Assembly (NCBI RefSeq): GCF_025643275.1
Contig: NZ_CP089977.1
Span: 1,050,001 to 1,082,000, forward strand
Direction: 5' to 3'
Origin: Moraxella nasicaprae
Lineage (GTDB): Bacteria; Pseudomonadota; Gammaproteobacteria; Pseudomonadales; Moraxellaceae
Length of the DNA stretch: 32,000 nt
This document shows positions 27,486-32,000 of the stretch, piece by piece; the stretch's first letter is position 1, and the number at the start of each line of letters is the position of its first letter. The notes beneath the pieces are model-generated. The model saw only the letters and a list, made by a program, of their open reading frames with translations, had not been told where the DNA came from and did not search any database. Position numbers and translations under genes: made by a program.

Positions 27486-28037
27486 TTAGGCACTCCCAAT
27501 ATGGTCAATCATCATGTGGCGATGAATGCCGATTTTGTCGTAGATGCAAGCCAATCTGTCTTTGGCATCGATGGCAAATATGGTGGATAAATCAGCAGGA
27601 TAAGCCAACCAATCGCCATTGGCAATCTCTTGGTCTAATTGTCCTTTGCCCCAATTACAATACCCCATGCACAGCAGATAATGCTTGACTCGGTCAAGGC
27701 TGATGTCTTCTAAGATGTCTTTGCTGGTGGTCAGGCAGATATTTTCTGAAATGGCAAACGATGATTTATAATCAGGCAACCCTGTGTGTAGCACAAAGCC
27801 AGCTTCGCCTCGCACAGGACCGCCATTCATCGCTGGTGTGTTCATGGTGGTTTGGCTGGTGAACAAATCTAACTCGCTAAGCAGTCCGCCAACGCTGGCA
27901 TCTAGGGGTTGATTGATGATAAATCCCCAAGCACCATCTGTGTTGTGCTTGCAAATATAGATGAGCGTGTCAATAAATCGCTCATCGTCCATTTGAATGC
28001 TGGGTGCTAAAAAATGATGAGTGAGTTGTTTAGTCAT
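27486..28037 (-). CDS. yqgE: YqgE/AlgH family protein
   Basis: 183-aa ORF containing LIYICKHNTDGAWGFIINQP, the hallmark of the YqgE/AlgH (UPF0301) family. It forms the conserved yqgE-yqgF pair. Confidence 0.88.
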   Translation of the reverse strand: MTKQLTHHFLAPSIQMDDERFIDTLIYICKHNTDGAWGFIINQPLDASVGGLLSELDLFTSQTTMNTPAMNGGPVRGEAGFVLHTGLPDYKSSFAISENICLTTSKDILEDISLDRVKHYLLCMGYCNWGKGQLDQEIANGDWLAYPADLSTIFAIDAKDRLACIYDKIGIHRHMMIDHIGSA

Positions 28038-29766
28038 GATTACTCTGATGGAAATTTTGTAGCTCTTCTAGGGGAATGTTGGCAGTCATCTCATCAGCGT
28101 GCCTGATGTCGTTTAGCAGGCTTTTGACATGAGCCTTAGTGGCTTCGGTGATGTTCACACCGCCTGACATGCGAGCCAGTTCATCAATCTGGGCATCGTC
28201 TGTGATGATTTGCATGTTGCTGACGGTTTGCTCCCCGTGTTCTTTATGTACCAAAATATGACGATGAGCAGCAGCAGCAACTTGGGCTTGATGAGTGATG
28301 GCAAGCAGCTGTTGATGTTTGCCCAAACGACGCAGCAGCTCGCCCACCACCTGTGCTGTCCCGCCACTGATACCAACATCAACCTCGTCAAACACCAGCG
28401 TTGGCGTGTGATATTCGCCACTACCAGCCACCATCACTTGCATCACCAAAGCAATGCGAGACAGCTCGCCCCCTGAGGCGACTTTGTGTAAGGGTTGTAG
28501 TGGCATGCCCACATTGGCACTAAATAGTAGTGCGATGTCATATTTGCCATGTGCATTGTAGTGTTCGGCAGGTTTTTGATTAAAGGCAAATTCGCAGCGA
28601 GCATTAGGCAAAGCCAGAGGTAGCAGTCGAGCTTCTAGCCGTTCGCAGATATCTGGGGCAATGTTGATGCGAGCCTCATCAAGTGCATTGGCAGCGGTCA
28701 GATAGGCTTGATACGCTGCTTGAACCTGTGCGTCCATCGTGTCGTTGTCGGGCAATGCACCCAATGTATCAAGCTCGGTTTGCCAATTTTGGGCATCAGC
28801 CACCAATGCTTTGATGGGGGTGTGGTATTTATTGGATAATCTGTGAGCTAGACTAATCAGTGTATTTAGTTCATCTAGTCTTGCCTCATCTGGCAGTTGC
28901 TGCTCAGCATAATCGTACAGCTTGGCGGCTGCCTCGTTGATATGCTCTTGGGCGACAGATAGGATATGGCTACACTCATTGAAGGTTTTGCTACCAGCAT
29001 TGTTGTCACAAATCTTCATCGCACGAGCCAGCAAGCTGGACACGCTTGGCGTGTCATTGTCATTATCTAACAAAACCGCAGATTCGACTGCTTCACGCAT
29101 CAGATGTTCAAGATTTGACAGCTCATCGTATTCTGCTTCGATGTCATCAAAATTCACCAAAAGCAGTGGTTCGATGTCAGCCAGCTTGGCGGATAATAGT
29201 GCCATGCGGTCAGCTCTTTGGGCGGACTGGCTTTTGGCTTCATCGGCTTGTTTTTTTAGGGTTTGATAATGATGAAAAGCGGTTTTGGTGGCAGATTTTA
29301 GTTCGCCAAGCTCGCCAATGCGGTCTAGCCAATCCACGACAAATTGAGGTTTTAAGAGTTCAAGACCTGCATGCTGGCTGTGGATATTAACCAAGATGGA
29401 ACCAAGGCTTTTTAGTTCGCTGATGCTGGCTGGCACGCCGTTAATCCATGATTTTGAGCGACCCTGATTGCTGATTTTACGGCGAATCAGTAGGGTGTCT
29501 TCTTCTAACACTCTGTCGTGCTGGGCAAACCAGTCGGCAACCTGAGGATTGTCTGTGATGTCAAATTCGCCAAACACCGAAGCCTCGTCTGCACCGTGTC
29601 TGATGATGCCACTATCAGCCCGTTCGCCAGCACACAAGGATAAAGCGTCCAAAATCAAGGACTTACCTGCACCAGTCTCGCCTGTGATGACATTAAATCG
29701 TTCATCAAAGCTGATTTCTTTATGGTCGATGAGAGCCAGATTTTGTAAGGTAAGCGAGATGAGCAT
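28030..29766 (-). CDS. recN: DNA repair protein RecN
   Basis: 578-aa ORF with Walker A GETGAGKSLILDAL, a long coiled-coil middle, the signature ASGGELSRIAL and Walker B LVFDEVDVGISG. Confidence 0.95.
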   Translation of the reverse strand: MLISLTLQNLALIDHKEISFDERFNVITGETGAGKSLILDALSLCAGERADSGIIRHGADEASVFGEFDITDNPQVADWFAQHDRVLEEDTLLIRRKISNQGRSKSWINGVPASISELKSLGSILVNIHSQHAGLELLKPQFVVDWLDRIGELGELKSATKTAFHHYQTLKKQADEAKSQSAQRADRMALLSAKLADIEPLLLVNFDDIEAEYDELSNLEHLMREAVESAVLLDNDNDTPSVSSLLARAMKICDNNAGSKTFNECSHILSVAQEHINEAAAKLYDYAEQQLPDEARLDELNTLISLAHRLSNKYHTPIKALVADAQNWQTELDTLGALPDNDTMDAQVQAAYQAYLTAANALDEARINIAPDICERLEARLLPLALPNARCEFAFNQKPAEHYNAHGKYDIALLFSANVGMPLQPLHKVASGGELSRIALVMQVMVAGSGEYHTPTLVFDEVDVGISGGTAQVVGELLRRLGKHQQLLAITHQAQVAAAAHRHILVHKEHGEQTVSNMQIITDDAQIDELARMSGGVNITEATKAHVKSLLNDIRHADEMTANIPLEELQNFHQSNHD

Positions 29767-29807
29767 CTTGCCAATTTCCCATTTAGATAAGTAAGGTCAA
29801 ACTCTCT

Positions 29808-29836
29808 ATGATAATAAAAGCCGTCTGATTTGGCAA
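29808..29836 (-). promoter_or_regulatory. Candidate sigma70 promoter for recN
   Basis: The minus strand reads TTGCCA (29836-29831), a 17-nt spacer, then TATCAT (29813-29808), about 40 nt upstream of the recN ATG. This is pattern evidence only. Confidence 0.35.
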
Positions 29837-30036
29837 TCATCAAAATGTAAAGCGATGATTTTTACCAAATCGCATCAGGTGTGTAGGCAAAATATTAACC
29901 CAAAGATGATTGATGGGCTGATGAGGGCGACTTTGTTTTTTTGAATATGATGTGGGTTAATGCAGACTTATTTTGACAATCTGCATTGAATTTGCCACAA
30001 TAGCTCATCTTTATCCATCATTTTAATCAATCCGCC

Positions 30037-30891
30037 ATGAACAAAGTGCATAAAAAATCTCGCCATAGCGACAAATCAGTAGCTCAATCAAAATCTTTTG
30101 AAAAATCCACCCAAAAATCTAAGCCAAAAAATCCACATTTTTATGGCATTCATGCTGTCAAGATGCTGCTCAATCGCCGTCCGCAAGATGCACTGACCTT
30201 ATTTGTCCAACTAAGAGATGATGGCGGAGTCAGTGATGAACACGCCCAGCTGGTGGAGCTTGCCAAGTCGGCAGGCGTGAGCGTGCAGATGACGCACAAA
30301 GACCGACTGGCTCAGCTGTGTGATAGCCATCAGCATCAGGGTGTGGTCGTGGCCGCCAGACCGCTTGCCATGCTTGATGAAAGCGTGTTGGAGCAGCTGT
30401 GTCAAAAAGATGATGTGTTATTTTTGGTGCTAGACCAAATCACAGATGCTCATAATTTGGGGGCGTGTTTGCGGTCGGCATGTGCGATGGGTGTTGATGC
30501 CGTCATTATTCCAAAACACCAATCAGCCAGCCTAACCCCGACTGTTGCCAAAGTTTCGGTTGGAGCAGCAGAGGTCATCGATGTGGTGTCTGTGACCAAC
30601 TTGGCTCGCACTTTGACCATGCTCAAAAAACAAGGCGTGTTTGTGTTTGGCACGGCACTTGATGAGACTGCCAAGCCGCTGCATGATTGTGATTTTGAGG
30701 GTAAGGTTGCCATCGTGATGGGTTCGGAGGGCGATGGCATGAGACGCTTGACCATCGAAAGCTGTGATACTTTGGTGTACATTCCGATGGCGGATATTCC
30801 TGACCGACCTCAAAGTCTAAATGTCAGCGTTGCCACAGGCATGACTTTGTACGAGGTGGCTCGTCAGCGTCTGATGCGTGGTTCATCGTAG
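30037..30891 (+). CDS. rlmB: 23S rRNA (guanosine2251-2'-O)-methyltransferase RlmB (SpoU family)
   Basis: 284-aa ORF. FYGIHAV begins the conserved RlmB core. SpoU motifs are LVLDQITDAHNLGACLRSA, IVMGSEGDGMRRLT and IPM...SLNVSVATGMTLYE. It carries a Lys/Ser-rich N-terminal extension of about 35 aa. Confidence 0.9.
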   Translation: MNKVHKKSRHSDKSVAQSKSFEKSTQKSKPKNPHFYGIHAVKMLLNRRPQDALTLFVQLRDDGGVSDEHAQLVELAKSAGVSVQMTHKDRLAQLCDSHQHQGVVVAARPLAMLDESVLEQLCQKDDVLFLVLDQITDAHNLGACLRSACAMGVDAVIIPKHQSASLTPTVAKVSVGAAEVIDVVSVTNLARTLTMLKKQGVFVFGTALDETAKPLHDCDFEGKVAIVMGSEGDGMRRLTIESCDTLVYIPMADIPDRPQSLNVSVATGMTLYEVARQRLMRGSS

Positions 30892-30906
30892 GAGTAAGTT
30901 GATGAT

Positions 30907-30920
30907 GTTTCATGTGAAAC
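30907..30920. repeat. 14-mer word copy 9 (GTTTCATGTGAAAC), intergenic after rlmB
   Basis: Exact match, 16 nt after the rlmB stop and upstream of the bidirectional terminator. Confidence 0.9.
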
Positions 30921-30921
30921 C

Positions 30922-30935
30922 TATCCATGTGAAAT
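30922..30935. repeat. Degenerate 14-mer word copy (TATCCATGTGAAAT)
   Basis: The core TCCATGTGAAA is conserved and three outer positions differ. It lies 1 nt after copy 9. Confidence 0.5.
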
Positions 30936-30952
30936 TGTTCTGATAATGCCAT

Positions 30953-30985
30953 AAAAAAACCGCCCTAAGTTAGGCGGTTTTTTTT
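30953..30985. terminator. Bidirectional rho-independent terminator between rlmB and fabF
   Basis: AAAAAAACCGCC-CTAAGTTA-GGCGGTTTTTTTT has a GC stem flanked by A7 and T8 runs. It sits between convergent stop codons. Confidence 0.7.
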
Positions 30986-30994
30986 ATGGTGTTA

Positions 30995-32000
30995 TCAGTC
31001 TTGCCAGCGTCTAAATAGCAATGAACCATTGGTGCCACCAAAGCCAAAGCTGTTGCTTAGGGCATAGTCCACACCATCAACTTGGCGGGCGATGTGTGGG
31101 ATATAATCTAGCGTGCAATCTGCATCTGGATTATCCAGATTGATGGTGGGCGGTAGGGTTTGGTGTTGCAAGGCAAGCACGGTAAAGATGGCCTCGACCG
31201 CACCAGCAGCCCCCAACAGATGACCTGTCATGGACTTGGTGGAGCTGACAGGTACGCCATCGCCAAACAGTCTTTTGATGGCACAGCTTTCGGCGATGTC
31301 GCCTTGTGGTGTGCTGGTGCCATGTGCATTGATGTAGCCGATTTGTTGTGGATTGACGCCTGCATCGTTGAGGGCGTTTTGCATGGCACGATATGCCCCT
31401 TCACCACCTTGTGAAGGTGAGGTGATGTGATTAGCATCATCACTCATACCAAAGCCAACCAGCTCTGCCAAAATCGTTGCCCCACGAGCTTTGGCATGGG
31501 CAAGACTTTCTAGCACTAAGGCACCAGCCCCATCGCCTAATACAAAGCCGTCACGGTCTTGGTCAAAAGGTCGGCTGGCTTTGGTTGGTTCGTCATTTTT
31601 GGTGGATAGGGCGTGCATTGCCCCAAATCCAGATAAGCCAAGCGGTGTCGATGCTTTTTCACTACCGCCCACCAAGACCGCATCACAGTCGCCATAGGCA
31701 ATCAATCTTGCCCCAAGTCCGATGGCGTGCGTTGAAGTGGTGCAAGCGGTGGCTGTGGCAAGATTTGCTCCTTTTAGCCCATGACGCATCGCAATCAGAC
31801 CTGCTGGCATATTGATGATTGTGCCAGGAATGATGAATGGCGAGACTTTTTTGGCACCGTGTTCTTTGATGGTGTCTCGGCTGTGTTCGATGGTTTGAAT
31901 ACCGCCAATGCCAGAACCCATCACCACACCAAATCGTTCGCCAGCGACCTTGGCAGGCAGACTATCTCCATAAACATCATCAATCAAACCAGCATGATGT
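30995..32000 (-). CDS. fabF: Beta-ketoacyl-ACP synthase II, C-terminal about 335 aa (gene runs off the window end)
   Basis: It has the active-site Cys context [12 protein letters not shown], the His motifs [13 protein letters not shown] and [15 protein letters not shown] (FabF-like rather than FabB-like), and the C-terminus [15 protein letters not shown]. The reading frame stays open to position 32000. Confidence 0.9.
   Translation of the reverse strand, partial: HHAGLIDDVYGDSLPAKVAGERFGVVMGSGIGGIQTIEHSRDTIKEHGAKKVSPFIIPGTIINMPAGLIAMRHGLKGANLATATACTTSTHAIGLGARLIAYGDCDAVLVGGSEKASTPLGLSGFGAMHALSTKNDEPTKASRPFDQDRDGFVLGDGAGALVLESLAHAKARGATILAELVGFGMSDDANHITSPSQGGEGAYRAMQNALNDAGVNPQQIGYINAHGTSTPQGDIAESCAIKRLFGDGVPVSSTKSMTGHLLGAAGAVEAIFTVLALQHQTLPPTINLDNPDADCTLDYIPHIARQVDGVDYALSNSFGFGGTNGSLLFRRWQD

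Noticed and set aside
29820-29828. GCCGTCTGA, 9 of the 10 bases of the Neisseria DNA uptake sequence GCCGTCTGAA, in the recN-rlmB spacer.
   Set aside because: This is a single occurrence. A given 9-mer is expected by chance at roughly 0.2 per 64 kb of two-strand sequence, the tenth base differs, and I saw no further copies in the window.
29767-30036. Search for a LexA/SOS box (CTGT-N8-ACAG) upstream of recN, plus two inverted repeats: AATCATC/GATGATT near 29834-29859 and AATGCAGA/TCTGCATT at 29959-29987.
   Set aside because: The spacer contains no CTGT or ACAG at all, which is consistent with Moraxellaceae generally lacking a classical LexA. The inverted repeats are short and AT-rich with long loops, so I cannot support an operator or sRNA call.

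Overview
This window is the chromosomal replication-origin neighbourhood of a gammaproteobacterium. Gene content and protein sequences look Moraxellaceae-like (Moraxella/Psychrobacter type), and the sequence is moderately AT-rich by eye. This taxon call is recognition only, since no search was possible.

Layout:
- Minus strand, 1-4381: gyrB (5' part), recF, dnaN, dnaA.
- 4382-4996: a 615-bp AT-rich dnaA-rpmH spacer with DnaA boxes, the oriC candidate.
- Plus strand, 4997-17524: rpmH, rnpA, yidD, yidC, mnmE, nrdR, ribD, ribE, fmt, rsmB, thrC, dprA, tsaC.
- About 17.6 kb: an IS630-family element sits inside a small GlsB/YeaQ-family membrane protein gene.
- After 17.6 kb, mostly minus strand: ribBA (RibBX type), rarA, then a nearly gapless run recN-yqgE-ruvX-membrane protein-tusA-xerD-GT2 glycosyltransferase-methyltransferase, and finally fabF (partial).
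- Plus-strand exceptions in that stretch: a small DUF4157-like HExxH protein, a GDSL lipase autotransporter (McaP/EstA-like) and rlmB.
- I found no rRNA, tRNA or CRISPR array, and no recognisable defence system.

Most noteworthy observations:
1. A 14-bp dyad motif, GTTYCA-YR-TGRAAC, occurs 9 times, plus one degenerate copy. My hand estimate of the chance expectation is about 0.002. Copies lie inside CDSs in two different reading frames and at gene 3' ends, which is the behaviour of a DNA-uptake-sequence-like genomic word.
2. A second cluster of four perfect DnaA boxes lies in the ribD-ribE spacer, about 6 kb from the dnaA-proximal origin.
3. The IS630 insertion can be reconstructed exactly, with a TA target duplication and an A7 -1 frameshift site in the transposase.

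All calls come from hand translation and motif recognition, so degenerate motif copies may have been missed.
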